60,000 nucleotides of DNA from Lytechinus pictus (lineage: Eukaryota), in assembly GCF_037042905.1 (NCBI RefSeq), contig NC_087251.1, forward strand, positions 12,712,001 to 12,772,000, in the 5' to 3' direction. This document shows, piece by piece, positions 38,209 to 51,189 of the stretch (the first letter of the stretch is position 1; each line of letters opens with the position of its first letter). A program made the translations under genes and the position numbers. A model generated the notes under the pieces. The model saw only the letters and a program-made list of their open reading frames with translations. It did not search any database and had not been told where the DNA came from.

Positions 38209-39842
38209 GGCTGCGTTTATGCGACCTCAAGCCAGAATCATGATTTGAATCATGATTCAAAACACAAACATGAATCACAATATCACAGAATCAGCGTTTA
38301 GACGACCTTCATTCCAATGCTGTTTCTCCTCAGATTCGGGCCAATCCAGTGCGCATCACTAGTGCGCAGTTTAACAGAGGAAGTTTTTCGCACGTGTTTC
38401 GGCTCTCGAAAATTCTTTTGCTTTCATCAGAATTCAGTCTATACCTCATTTTGTTTACTTCTATCATAAAGGGTCCATATGCTTCTATTCATCTTGTTAG
38501 TTTATCCAAAATGGTGTTCGGAAGTGAATTTCAGCGTAGATCCAATTTGATATTGATACTGTATACTCAACAACAACTGAGATCATTGTCTGTCCAGTTA
38601 ATTCATTTACTAGAACTTGAAGTTGAAGACATGACCAAAAAATGAAAAGTAGTGGACGATGCGATGACCAACACAGAACTTGAACATGACAAGAAATGAA
38701 TTTATAGTACATAGTCATGTACATACAATGAGCATAGAGCGCCTTGAGCTTGGCAAGAGTCAAACCGAAAGTAGCCCGACACAACAGTGAGGTCATATAA
38801 TCATGATTGTAATCACGATATCGTTTATTCGAACATTTTCGTACGTGATTCTGCAGAAACGTCTTTCCAAACGCCCCTTTTTTCGTGTTTCATGTTTGTG
38901 ATTCTAATCATGATTATATTTAATTTCGGCTGCGTTTATGCGACCTCAAGCCAGAATCATGATTTGAATCATGATTTGAATCATGATTCAAAACACAAAC
39001 ATGAATCACAATATCACAGAATAAGCGTTTAGACGACCTTCATTCCAATGCTGTTTCTCCTCAGATTCGGGACAATCCAGTGCGCATCACTAGTGCGCAG
39101 TTTGACAGAGGAAGTTTTTCGCACGTGTTTCGGCTCTCGAAAAATCTTTTGCTTCCAGAATTCAGTCTATACATCATTTTGTTTACTTCTATCATATAGG
39201 GTCCATATGCTTCTATTCATCTTGTTAGTTTATCCAAAATGGTGTTCGGAAGTGAATTTCAACGCAGATCCAATTTAATACTGATACTGTATACTCAACA
39301 ACAACTGGGATCATTGTCTGTCCAGTTAATTCATTTACTGGAACTTGAAGTTGAAGACATGACAAAAAATGAAAAGTAGTGGACGATGCGATGACCAACA
39401 CAGAACTTGAACATGACAAGAAATGCATGCGTAGTACATAATCATGTACATACAATGAGCATATAGAGCGCCTTGAGCTTGGCAAGAGTCAAACCGAAAG
39501 TAGCCCGACACTACAGTGAGGTCATAGAATCATGATTGTAATCACGATATCGTTTATTCGAACATTTTCGTACGTGATTCTGCAGAAACGTCTTTCCAAA
39601 CGCCCCTTTTTTCGTGTTTCATGTTTGTGATTCTAATCATGATTATATTCAATTTCGACTAAACGCAATCGTGATTCTGCAGAATCATGATTTGAATCAT
39701 GATTCAGATCATGATTCTAGGGTAAAAAAGTGGCGGATAAACGCACCCTTCGACTAAACGCAATCGTGATTCTGCAGAATCATGATTTGAATCATGATTC
39801 AGATCATGATTCTAGGGTAAAAAGTGGCGGATAAACGCACCC
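38209..39842. mobile_element. Harbinger-type MITE family A, outer copy (38209-38927 + 39752-39842)
   Basis: TTA|GGCTGCGTTTATGCG ... GGATAAACGCACCC|CTA; reverse complement of 2254-3054; split by a same-family copy. Confidence 0.92.
38928..39748. mobile_element. Harbinger-type MITE family A, complete inner copy nested in the outer copy
   Basis: Both TIRs present; 3-bp TSD TTC (38925-38927, 39749-39751). Confidence 0.92.
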
Positions 39843-40287
39843 CTAATCTGAATTACATTTCCTTCCCCTTTGCTAGTTTGGTACGATTGTTTCACTGCTT
39901 CATTAGATGACTGAAAGAAATGGATTGATGGTGCAGTAATCATAGTCACAGATCTATCACAATAGTACTAATGATATTGATATAATTATGCATGATTTTT
40001 TGAGTAATGCCAACATGAAAAGTTGTTTTACCTTAAAAAAAAGAGAAAAAATCAAAGGGGTATATTGGAAAAAAATTGAAAAAACTTGGAAACCAATGAC
40101 AATGACTTGTGAATAAAGGCTTTATACATAAATCACCTGATTCTGGAAGGCAACATCTAAAGATGCCATTCTAATATTTCTGGTTCTTGGTTTGTCAGTT
40201 GCATCCCTTAAAAGCAATTCAAGCACAAAAAACCCATAACAAACAAACAAAACTTATTGTTAATAAAATGGGGATCTTCATGCTTAC

Positions 40288-40449
40288 CGGTCCTCTCGTT
40301 GGTAGTTTAGGAACACATTTGTCACACATACAGATCCTTGAACATTCGTCCAATAACGAATCATCACTGTCCGATTCTGTTAGCAACCCATCTGAATTAT
40401 TGGACACTTCCATCATGGTGAGAGATCCGTTGCTAGTGTTATCCTTCAT
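40288..40449 (-). CDS. Putative alternative first coding exon, 54 aa (MKDNTSNGSLTMMEVSNNSDGLLTESDSDDSLLDECSRICMCDKCVPKLPTRGP), product unknown
   Basis: ATG with A at -3 and an in-frame stop three codons upstream; ends at CCG|GTAAGC in phase 0; lies in ~2 kb of repeat-free sequence. Confidence 0.65.
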
Positions 40450-40972
40450 GATAGTTCAAGGAAAAATCTCAAAGAAGCTAACAGCACGTCTGAGGATACC
40501 ATGAAGTATCCACAAGAGTCTAAGTCAGCAGTTCCTATCAAGTATTGTTGTTGCCTTTTCCTCCTCACAGTAGTGGAACTGAATGTTTGTAGCAAAAAGA
40601 CACCATCCAGACAGTCCCTGACATGCAAAGGACAGTATTATTGTAAACATGCAAGTCTCAAGAGATGTTCAACTGTAACCTGATAGCTGTTCAACATGAA
40701 GTCAGTACCAGCAAAAGGGAATCGCTGGCAAGGTAGATCAGGCCTATGCTACCAATGACGATAAACAGATGAGGGCTCCAGTCGTTGTGACCTCACAGCA
40801 GCTAGGTGTTATCTGATCTGGTTGCTTGCGTCATAAGCATGCCTGGGTATATCCACATTTACAAGAGGTGTTGTCCTTGTGTATATACTTCTCGGTTCTG
40901 GATCCTCTTCGGCTTAACCGCATCTACAGTCCCAGGGCTCTCAAAATGGAAGCTGTCCCTCCCTCAAGAATC

Positions 40973-40986
40973 GTTGCCATGGAAAC
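40973..40986. promoter_or_regulatory. RFX X-box motif about 520 bp upstream of the 40449 ATG
   Basis: GTTGCCATGGAAAC, a canonical X-box. Confidence 0.55.
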
Positions 40987-42579
40987 CTCACCACAGAAGA
41001 GGAGACTTTCAACACTATCACACCAACAGGATACTTTCAAGAGCTTGACACTATAACACATTTAAGCTGATGTGTTATCAATAGTTTAGATTTTTATGAT
41101 TTCTTCACTATTTGATTCATAAAGCAGTTACAAAAGATGCAAGCTAAGGTGAGGTGTTGCATCCGGATGCACAAGTCTCGTCTTAGAGAAAGATATTGAT
41201 AAAATTTCAACTCCGGAGTACAAGGCAAGAAAATAAAGGCATGCATTTTAAAAAGGCAGGTGGAAAGTTTAAATGGACAGCAGGTTTGCAGCTGCTAATT
41301 AGATGCCTATCTCATCGATCATAGTCTACCTTGATAACGATGATCACTGTTCATATCGCACTTATCACATCACCTTGCTACTTACTATAAGAGGTGTTAA
41401 CAATACGACGAGCATGCAAGTCGTTAGGCATGCAGCTGAAAATTGATGCAGATTACGAAATCATTTCTCCAGTCCATATCTAGATGAGTGAAAGAGCAAA
41501 ACATCATACCTATGGCTATATCAGAAAAACTAAACCTCCAGTCTCCTTCGTACCGATCTCTCCTTTATAATAAGCCAGCCAGTGATTTGCCTTGCATTGA
41601 TACCAAACATAGTAATTACCAACACGGCCAGATATTAACAGAGTTATTTATCCCGAGACCACAATGCACGAGATATATTTGTCCATATGCCCAGCAGTAT
41701 ATGTAATGCACAGAGGACACACACGAATTACCGGTATACACAAACCGTAAGAGTGTGTGCTATTATCAAGCTGTTATTCTTGATAGTTCACAGTCTACCA
41801 GGTTTATATTGACTCAGATAATATCAGAGGATAGCAGTATGACTCCTTATTAATGTCTTGGAAGTTATGAATAGAACACAAGGGGTTCACCATAGCTAAT
41901 ACACAAGAACATGAAGATTATTCCCAATATGCTTTAATCCGTGCACAATGTCCTTCTGGCTTATCTCCAAGCTTATCTCTTCTCCTGAATGTTTTGGAAA
42001 GGGAAGCAACATGAGCGCATAATCTAGCAGTAGCAGAAAGAGAATCATAAGCACAGACAAATTGCAAGTCGAATTGCAATAAAGCAAAGGATTGTGATAA
42101 AGTTAGCAACCAAGGGTCACCGAGTTGCCCCCCTGGGGTCTACACTGACGTCAAACCCTAGAGTTTGGGGTGCAATCCATACTTCACCTTACACACAAGG
42201 TCCAATGTTTACTCCTCAAAGGAATATTGATTTCTTTCCCATTTGTTTGCTCTCTATAAATTCATTTCTTTCACTCTCTCTCTCCTAATCTCTAACCTGC
42301 TCTATTTCACATGCTCTCTATAGAGAGAATACTCTCATCATTGAGCTACAAGTAGCTCCACGCTTTCATTCCTTCTTCTTGTCTCTCCCCACCTGTAGCT
42401 CAACCATTTGCTTTATGTGCTCTTGTCTTGGTCTAATTCTCAGATGGGCTTCCATCATATCAGCCATAGGTTCCTTTAGGCCTACAATTCATTTTTATCT
42501 CACTGAAACTTGGTCTCATTATGACCAGAGTTGTTACCAGGGACTTGAGCCATAAAAAGTGTGGGGGGGGGGGGGTTAA

Positions 42580-42974
42580 AGCTAAATGACAGTATTTGCA
42601 GTAAAACACTAATTTCGTGAGAAAGTCTGTAAAACCATGGTTAAGTATGACTATATCATCGTGGATCTAGATCTGGTACAGTTACATAAACTGAACTTTG
42701 TGAAATCATAAAATCTAAGCTGAAATACGATCACACTGAAGATCGCCAACACAGATAGGCACACGTGGGACAATGTATTATTATTGCTGGAATAAAGACC
42801 CGACGGAAGTGACCGAATCCGCGCTTATTTTGCTCATTTCTCAGCAATTACACAATTTCTTCCAGAATCCTTTGACACATATTTTTTATTCATACAAACA
42901 GACACTTGGGTGGTCATCATATTAGATTCTGTACAAAGTCATTTTGAGATCGTTACCAAAACTGGAATTTACCT
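42580..42974. mobile_element. Kolobok-like MITE
   Basis: TTAA|AGCTAAATGACAGT ... ACTGGAATTTACCT|TTAA (42576-42579, 42975-42978); imperfect TIRs. Confidence 0.75.
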
Positions 42975-43389
42975 TTAATGGGGGAGGGTCAAACAAAAGT
43001 TAGTAAGTTTTCAGGTTTTATAGGTTTTTTTTTCTTTGCCAAAAACAAACTCAAAGGGTGAGCAAAAACAAATTATTGAACAAACTGGTTGTGTTATATG
43101 CAAAGTGGAAATAAAACAGAATGGAAAATGAAAAGTATAGAAATCGTTTGTACATAAAGTGAAATTAGACAACATGAGATCTAATTTCATTCATTCTTAC
43201 TACACTGGCCTGTGTTTATCTTCTTCTAAGAAAACCAACTCTGGTGGAAATCCTTTACAAACCGCCCTACTTGTAAAGAAATAAATACAGAGCTCAGCAT
43301 GCAGCATTACCTATGCATTTTCAGGATAAAAGGATTACCAAATAAATAGGGGTGTAATCCTATATCATGTACTGACACTGGAGACAGAA

Positions 43390-43788
43390 GGCGGTGCTGC
43401 ACCATCCCGAGTTTGCCCAATCTCGAGATTTTAGCCCGATCAGCCCTCTTCGCGATTAATCTCGAGATTTAAATAACCCCGTCTCCACCATGGCAAGAAG
43501 AGCGACTCCTGCTCGAGCGAGGCATTGATGCATTAAGGTCTGACGCCGTGAATAAATAATCCCGAGAGCGTCTGCACCTACGAATTAGCGCGATAATTCG
43601 TGAAATAGCGCACTATTTTGCAAATAATCCCAAGTTGACTTGGGATTGCAATCTCGAGATTAATCCTACGAACTAGTGCGATAATTGCGTCTCCATTGCA
43701 AATAATCTCGAGATTGTTCAGATCGGGATAATTTGCCGGATCAGAAATAGCGCGCTAATTTGAAAACTCGGGATGGTGCAGACGGCCC
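43390..43788 (+). mobile_element. Harbinger-like MITE (family B), 399-bp internally deleted copy
   Basis: First ~130 bp and last ~240 bp nearly identical to the ends of 17974-18868. Confidence 0.92.
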
Positions 43789-45464
43789 TAGAGGAAAGTT
43801 CTCAAGATCCTGGACCACTCATTATTTAGAACCTTTTCACATGTGAATCTTGAATCATCATTGTAAAAATGATTGCTATTGTAACTGTGACTGTGATTAG
43901 CGTTCATAATTCTAATCATGTTCTTGTTTGATATCACATATGCTAAAGATTCGTAATTAGCCTTATTTTTCACTGGAATCGTCATTCAAATTACGATTTT
44001 TTTTTTCCTGTGTGAAAGGGCGGTTACTTTTTATTCCAGGCAATCAAGTTGGCTAGGAATGAGGGATGATTTTCCCCAAATATGGAATACTGAGGGATAA
44101 AAGTTCTGAACACCAATTAAAAAACCCTGTATAATATACATGTGTCATATAACACTCACTTGTAACAAAATGGGGAAAGCTGACGTCAAAGAAAACGGCG
44201 GAATGTAAGGGGTAAACTTCTCTTTTGTGAGCTAGGCCTATATATTCTGGTGTTTGAGTGTCTATTGATCAAGGAGATTAAAGGTGAGTGGGAGTGGTAA
44301 GAATGAAAAGTATCATTATCTTAACAGTTACAGGACGATAGAGGGCTTATATCCATGGGTCAATCAATATATTTCAGATCAGGAAGTACGTCTTCATATT
44401 TAAGTCACGTTAATTTTGTGGCAAAGTCCTCAAATTGGGAATCAATAGTCAAAAACTCCAGGGCACCCGGGGAGATCTCCGTCATCATTTAACCTCAAGA
44501 TAACACCGAGGTTTGGCCACTGAAGGGATTTCAACAGATTTGATTTTTTTTTTGCCAACAATTTCAAATGCTACGTAGCTCCCTTGTTTCACCTAAGTCA
44601 CTTAATTTTGCTCCCCCCCCCAAAAAAAATGAATAGCTATACATTATATATGATAAGTATGGATCTTTATTTTTGTGTCAGTTGATGTATCAGTATTTTC
44701 AAGCTGAAAAATACAACCAGCTTTACTCCAACAGCTGTACAGTCATCAAAATCATGTCTGCAATGTGGAGTGTGTTGTAAATATCATTGGGTACATGAAC
44801 TCCTGACAAATAACCAACAGATATATATATATTTACTTTTGACATGATATCAGCACAGTGGTTTCTTTTTTTTTTGGGGGGGGGTAGGTTATCCTTAGTT
44901 CTTAAGAGAATGTGGCCAAGCCAATGGCTCTGATATATTTTATACCTGGTCAGAATGTTATACTGGGCCTAGTTTCCAAATAAGTTTGCTAAATGTTTTC
45001 AATGACTATAAAAAGCAGTACATGAAGCTGCTATCAGTGTATTACACTTACAAATACTTGTTTAGAGTAGCATTCCACCAAACAATTACGAAAAAACCTT
45101 AAAGTACTTAATCAGCACTTGAATTTGTTAACAGCCCACTACCAAGAAAGAGCATCAATATGAATTTGAAGTGTGTTAAAAACATATCGTGTACTATAAC
45201 AACAGTTTAAATCTCAATTTGCTTTTCTACATGTACGAAGTGAAGCCAATACCGACCATTGAGGTCCCCCCCCCCCCCACAACAAACCTTCCACATGATT
45301 AAATGTGACTGCACCGTGTGTTGATTACAAGTGGAAATAACTGAATTTTGCATCAATTCAAATCAAATTCACCTGATGAACTCTTCAGTTCCAGAAGCAG
45401 CGAATTCTAGAAAACAAACAAAGTAAAGACACTGCATATATAGTACATGTAATCTATGTATGGC

Positions 45465-45635
45465 TGGTCTGAAATTAGCACAAATTCTGGGGGAGGACAC
45501 ACGAAAAGTTCTGCAAATATAATCATTTATGAATGACCGGCCTGAAATTAGCACAAATTCTGGGAAAAGACAGTTGTGACCACAAAATACAGTCATCTAT
45601 GTATTGCAGGCCTAAAATTAGCACAAATGCTGGGG
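45465..45635. repeat. Minisatellite, three ~70-bp units
   Basis: GG(T/C)CT(G/A)AAATTAGCACAAAT(T/G)CTGGG at ~45466, ~45539 and ~45609. Confidence 0.8.
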
Positions 45636-45777
45636 TATTCTTGTTCATGAGCTTATTGTTGTTGCAAGCTCTACCTTTCTACCATTTCAACTCCTACTAA
45701 CACTCTACTACCCTATTACTACAACACAGGTGGTTGTGTCTGCTGCAACAGAAACAGCCACAGCAGTTGCAGCCACT

Positions 45778-46210
45778 GATGATTAGAGTGAAAATAATGA
45801 AGATGACCATAACGATAGCGATACCACTGGTGGTATAAGTATGTCGGCGATGATCCTAATCACAATTATGATGGTGATAATATTGCTGATAATAATGAAG
45901 ATGATGAAGATGATGATGATGATGACGATGATGACGTTGATTATGGTGAAGAAGAAGATGGTGCAGGTAATTACGGAGATAAAAGTGATGACATGACTGA
46001 TGATGGTGATAATAGTATGGGTGACTATATTGTTGATGATGGTGACAAAAATCAAAATGATAATGATCTAGTGGTGACAATGGTGGTGATAATGGTGATG
46101 ACGATGATGGTAATGGTGGTAGTGTCGATGATAATGATGATGACGATGACAACGGCGATGATGATAATGAACATACTGGTGATCAAAGATGACAGTGGTG
46201 TTAACTGATG
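45778..46210. repeat. Degenerate (GAT)n microsatellite / low-complexity tract
   Basis: Runs of GAT/GGT/GAC/AAT triplets; source of the Ile-, His- and Asp/Met-rich ORFs. Confidence 0.95.
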
Positions 46211-47020
46211 AAAATAAAGACAGCTATGAACATATTTTTTCTCAGAAGATGTGACAAATTCTTTTAAAATATTTTTTTAAGGAAAAGTGTCATCCATTTA
46301 ATACAAAAATTCAGGCATCAACTGATCTGGATACCAGTATAAATTGAAAATTCGTTTGGCACAGGGAACCATGAACTTCCTAACTTCTACTTATCAAGCG
46401 ATATTTTCACCATTCGCCTAAATGTCACGCATCTCATCCCCATCATGATCATAATAATTTGTCTGCAGCTATAAATTCTGCTTATGAAACATCAGATTTA
46501 GGTCAACAACAAAAATACAGACTTCTCTAATGACATGTTCCAGAATTCATATATAACCAATTCAAAAATTAAACATCGAGGAGGAGATGCGGAAGGCAAA
46601 TTAGAGCTAGCCGCATTCAGCGACACTAATTTCAGATATTTCTTTCTGATGCAAAGGTCATTGTGGCCAAAAAAGGAAGTGAAAGGAGATGAGGATATTG
46701 CATCCTTGCAGTTTGAATTTCAACTGTTTCAAACAACTTCATATCATCTGTTTTCGGCTTGGTATAGGTTCATGATCATTTTTTTTTTTGGGGGGGGGGT
46801 AGAAAAGGCAGTTTGAGCATGTGTGATTCATTCTCATCTTGTAAAGCTGATCTACATAGCAAGCCAATTTAAAACTCACTAAAAGATGCAATTAAGTCAA
46901 TGTTTCCATGTAATGTGATCACATAGGATTCACAACTGCAACATCTCTTATTCACTTTTACATGTATATGTCTCTCGTGTACGTCTTCTCGGCTTGTTGT
47001 ACATATGTGCTTATGGGAGG

Positions 47021-47283
47021 AGTGTAGTTGGTTTCACGATACACCATGTATCTTTCTTGGGCATGTGTTGGTCCTGAAAAAGACCACCCAATCTTGACGT
47101 TTCGACAAGTGTGTTCTTGTCGTCTTCATTCTCATTCTCTTGAAGACGACAAGAACCACACTTGTCGAAACGTCGAGATTGGGTGGACCATTTCAGGATC
47201 AAAACTTGCCCAAGAAAGATACATGGTGTACTATGAAACCTACTACACTATTCTTCACCTTGGAAACCTTGAGATGCTTACAG
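47021..47283. mobile_element. Penelope-like retroelement remnant: inverted pseudo-LTR pair
   Basis: 47021-47128 and 47141-47249 are ~108-bp inverted arms with a 12-bp spacer; contains GACGTTTCG..TCTTCA and TGAAGA..CGAAACGTC, the signature of Penelope pseudo-LTRs. Confidence 0.75.
47136..47178 (+). ncRNA. Minimal type-I hammerhead ribozyme motif (Penelope-associated type)
   Basis: Stem I TCTC/GAGA; core TTGAAGA (U3 variant of CUGANGA) plus C; stem II GACAAG-aaccaca-CTTGTC; GAAA; palindromic ACGT stem III; GUC cleavage triplet ending at 47174. Confidence 0.65.
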
Positions 47284-47574
47284 TATGGGAGCTGAAAAGG
47301 AGCAACACTTGTACCATCATGCATACAGTCACATACATGCACCATCCACAATCTAACATTGCATGGCCATGTCAGGTCATGATAAATTAAAATTGTTATA
47401 TATCAATACCATAATAACAATAATATAAATAGCATTTTTGAGGAACCGATCATCTAGTTCTCTATTCAATAGCGCATTATATATACTTTGTACTTGTTAA
47501 CTGCACCCATAACATTTTTTGTGTTTTTATCCCTAATTTGATGTTAATTTCTGGATCAAGTAACACAGAACTTA

Positions 47575-48035
47575 AAAGGCCATTCCAAGATCTGAAACCC
47601 CGATCCGTCCCGATCATTAGATCGGCAGAGAGTGGGATAGGAATCGGGAGCAGCATAATGACAACGTTGGGAAGATGGGGTAACAGCGGGCATTTTATTC
47701 AGATCGGCATGATCGGCTAAAAATCTTTAAAATGTTCAAAATTTCACATCGATCTTCCTGATCAGAAAATGCCCATTTTGAATCGTGGAAGAAGCGGGAA
47801 AAATAAGCAACACAGTGTGCAATTGTGGGATGAGCGTAATCAGGTCTTTCCTGGCATACTAAAAGCGGCACACAGACGTAATTAATCCCCAATCCCTTTC
47901 TTTGGACAATTTTTTATTAAGAACTGCAAAAAAAAAATTGCTGACTCCCGGTAGAGTGGTTTATTTTTCCCTGATCATTCTCCGATATGAAGGTTTGTCA
48001 AATCGTAGCCAAATCAGAATAGTGGAACAGGGGCT
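47575..48035. mobile_element. Degenerate MITE-like element with CCGATC/GATCGG repeats
   Basis: CpG-richer block ending GTGGAACAGGGGCT|TTA; left end eroded. Confidence 0.4.
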
Positions 48036-51000
48036 TTATTAGTGATTGATTGTAAAATCATTTCATGATTGGTTGTACATAATGGTCAACGCTTAATTTA
48101 ATAAATTGTGAACATGTTGGGTTTTTTATAAGTTGCTAAGTTTTGATTATTATGGAGTTTTTATCTGACAAATTATCTCAATCAGAATGCTATTAAAACA
48201 TACATGTACCTTGTCATTTACAAGTTCTTTGAATTAAAAGCTACAATTATTTAAAAAAACGCTGTCAAAGTTATCCCTGCAGTGTACAGTGCAAGTTCAA
48301 CCTCCATTTCAAAGTCCCTTTTTAGAGAATAATTTTCAAGGTATAGGGTGTTGTATATTAAATGGCTGTGCACTTTAATTATGAGGGTATAAAATGAGGG
48401 CATACATGTACTATGTAGAGCTTTGTTGAAACCGTTTTTCTCTTCAAACCTGCTAATTGATGTGAGAAGTTTGAGCCCCATGCCCCCTCCCCATCCTCTC
48501 TTTCTTTCTTTCGTTCTCTTTTTCTCTCTTTCCTCCATTTTTCTGACTTCTCACCGTCCTTGATACTGTGCACTCCTACTCATATATCAGCAGTGTGTGT
48601 GAGAGAGAGTTTTACAGACCATGTCAGCAGAGGGCAGCATAACATTTCTTCCATTTTGCCAGATCAAATGAATATGATTATGCTAAGACAGAGTATTCTG
48701 GCTTGTTCGAATTTCCAAATTAAAATGAATATTTTTGTGTCTATTTTTTTGTCATTTCGAAATTTCTTGAGTTTGTTAAATTTATCATTATTCTACGAGA
48801 GAAAGAGAGTGAGGGGGGAAAAACTAATCCAATTATAAGATCTGATGACTCACATCTTTCTAGCAAGTGATACACCATTTTTCAATTACCATCAATTATC
48901 ATCATAACTACTTTGATCAAAACTCTTACACTCATTGACAAACTTCTGTAGAAAATGTGAATAATTCATCAAGTTATACATGAATGAGCAAACATAAATG
49001 GCATAAATTCTTATAAAATTATGAATGGCAATATTGCTGAAATTTAAAAACTAATCTCATGTGAACCATAAAATAACTAAAAAGTGTCAGGAAAGGCATA
49101 AGGCAATCCAACAAGTATCAAATTAATAACTCTTTATCATAATTAGAAGAGCAACATTGATTTTTTTTTGAAAATATCCATTAGTATCACAATTCCCTCA
49201 TTGCTTTTAATTTGTGCTCACTAACATAATTGTAAAAATCAGTACTATTTTCAAACAGAAGTTAGTCAATGAGTGTATGAACACTCCTCCCTAGTTTTAT
49301 TTGCTCAGAATCATTTTGTCACAAAGTTCTCAAAAGGGAAAGTACTTTTTTTTTTGTCCATTTACTTATCGCAGAGGGATTTCTGAACAAAAGCCAAGCT
49401 GTCATAAAGAAGAATATGTACCTACATGTATGTATGATTATCATGTTGTCTACACACAGAATGCTGACCTTTGAAGGTAAGGGATCAAATAAAAATGTGT
49501 GCCTTCAAAATTTAATTCTTTTTAGCATGCAATATCCATTATTACTACATGTATATTAGAAGTGAAAACACAATGGGCGGTAGTATCTCTCCTTGGTGTA
49601 CATCAAGTGTTACCCTACATCAAGCAAGTGGGTCAAAGAGAAACAAATAAGATAACATGAAACAAAATGTAGAGATTAAGAGCCTGGCCTAAAGACTGGT
49701 CATGCAATTTACCACCTAATTTACCTTCACTAAGAGAAATACGACAATTTAAATTATTTTCTTATACCGTAATTAGTTTTTCTATATCAATTGAATATAT
49801 CTCACTGATTAATGCTCTTTAATGAGAGATACACCATATCAAAGGCAGTTCAATGCACACAAAACTAACTCATTAGAGATATGACGTTGAGATCAACTAC
49901 GTAAGCTTTGTCCTTTTATGGTGGGAAAATAGCAAGTTTATCCCACACCCATCTTACCAACCATATAATATATTTCTCCATTATCTTTCAATTGTTACTA
50001 TTATATTGCATTTTCATACAAGGGATTTTCCCTTCTTAAACTTCAACAATGTGCTCAAAGATTATTTGAAGTGTTAACCTTCTTTTTACTTGTTCAACTG
50101 TACTCCACTCTACTGAGTGAATCTTTGCTTGCTGTGTTCATGTGATTTTGAATTATATGGAAAGGCCATTAAATTCATTTTCACTGACTATCACAAGAGG
50201 ACTTCAGGTAGCAGAAACAAAATCTGAGATAAACATATCTAAGAATATTTTGGACCTCAGGTTAAAAAGGTGGCATGTCATTGGATTGAACTGATTTTTT
50301 ATACCATGATAGTAAACGATATACTGATTCCAATAAGTCTGTTATACTCTGAAAATATAAAAAAATATAATTTTGACAAAACAAGAATATTGATTTTTCA
50401 ATATTTCCGGCTGTAAGATTGCTGTTTGAAACTATCTTTAAGATGGCTCATGTTCAACCAATTGCTTGTTTGAATTTGGTGGGCTGGTAAAATACTAACA
50501 AGAATCTCAAATAAATGGAGAGTTTGTTTAATTTTTCTGGTATGATTAAAATGAAAACTAATCACCAAAATGCTTGACGAAGAGCATCACAAATACATTC
50601 TAATAAAAATACTTCTGACTTAAAACCAGCATGCAACCTAACTTCTAATCAAACAATAAAGTTTAATTTTAAACATATTATTATCGTTTATTTTGTTCCC
50701 TTTCTGCATAAATCTCAAATATTGTCATTTATGCAACCTTTTAGTATCAATCTAGGAAAAAGAATATAAAACCATTCAGTCAAAATATGGCATAGAATAC
50801 AGTAAGTTATATGAAGCTTGCCACAAAACCATGCAATACACAAATACAAATGAACTCGCCTCTGGTATTAAAATGCACTACCTTTTGAACTACATGTATA
50901 TTCTTTGAACGGGAGGAAAGGTAAGAGCTGCCATTGAATAAAGGACCTATATTTTCTCAGTCAATGAAATACAAATGAAAAGGCCATACAATATTCATTG

Positions 51001-51189
51001 ACTTCTGAAAGAAGATGATGGAATGCTGTCAACGGTGGTGATATATCGAAAATAGGCTTTGATTCTCAGAGAGAGGTGAAAAAGAGCCATAGTGGTATAA
51101 GGAGGAAGGGATTTCTGTGACTTTATTTCTCAATTTTTGTGCCAGGATGTGATCAATATAATTTCATGAGCACTGACAATAAAGGCTAT

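Noticed and set aside
38349..39485. Repeated ORFs here and at 2514-3018 resembling a paralogous gene family
   Set aside because: They come from family A MITE copies; frames are not conserved between copies.
45783..46208. Ile-, His- and Asp/Met-rich ORFs
   Set aside because: Translations of a degenerate (GAT)n tract; no splice signals.
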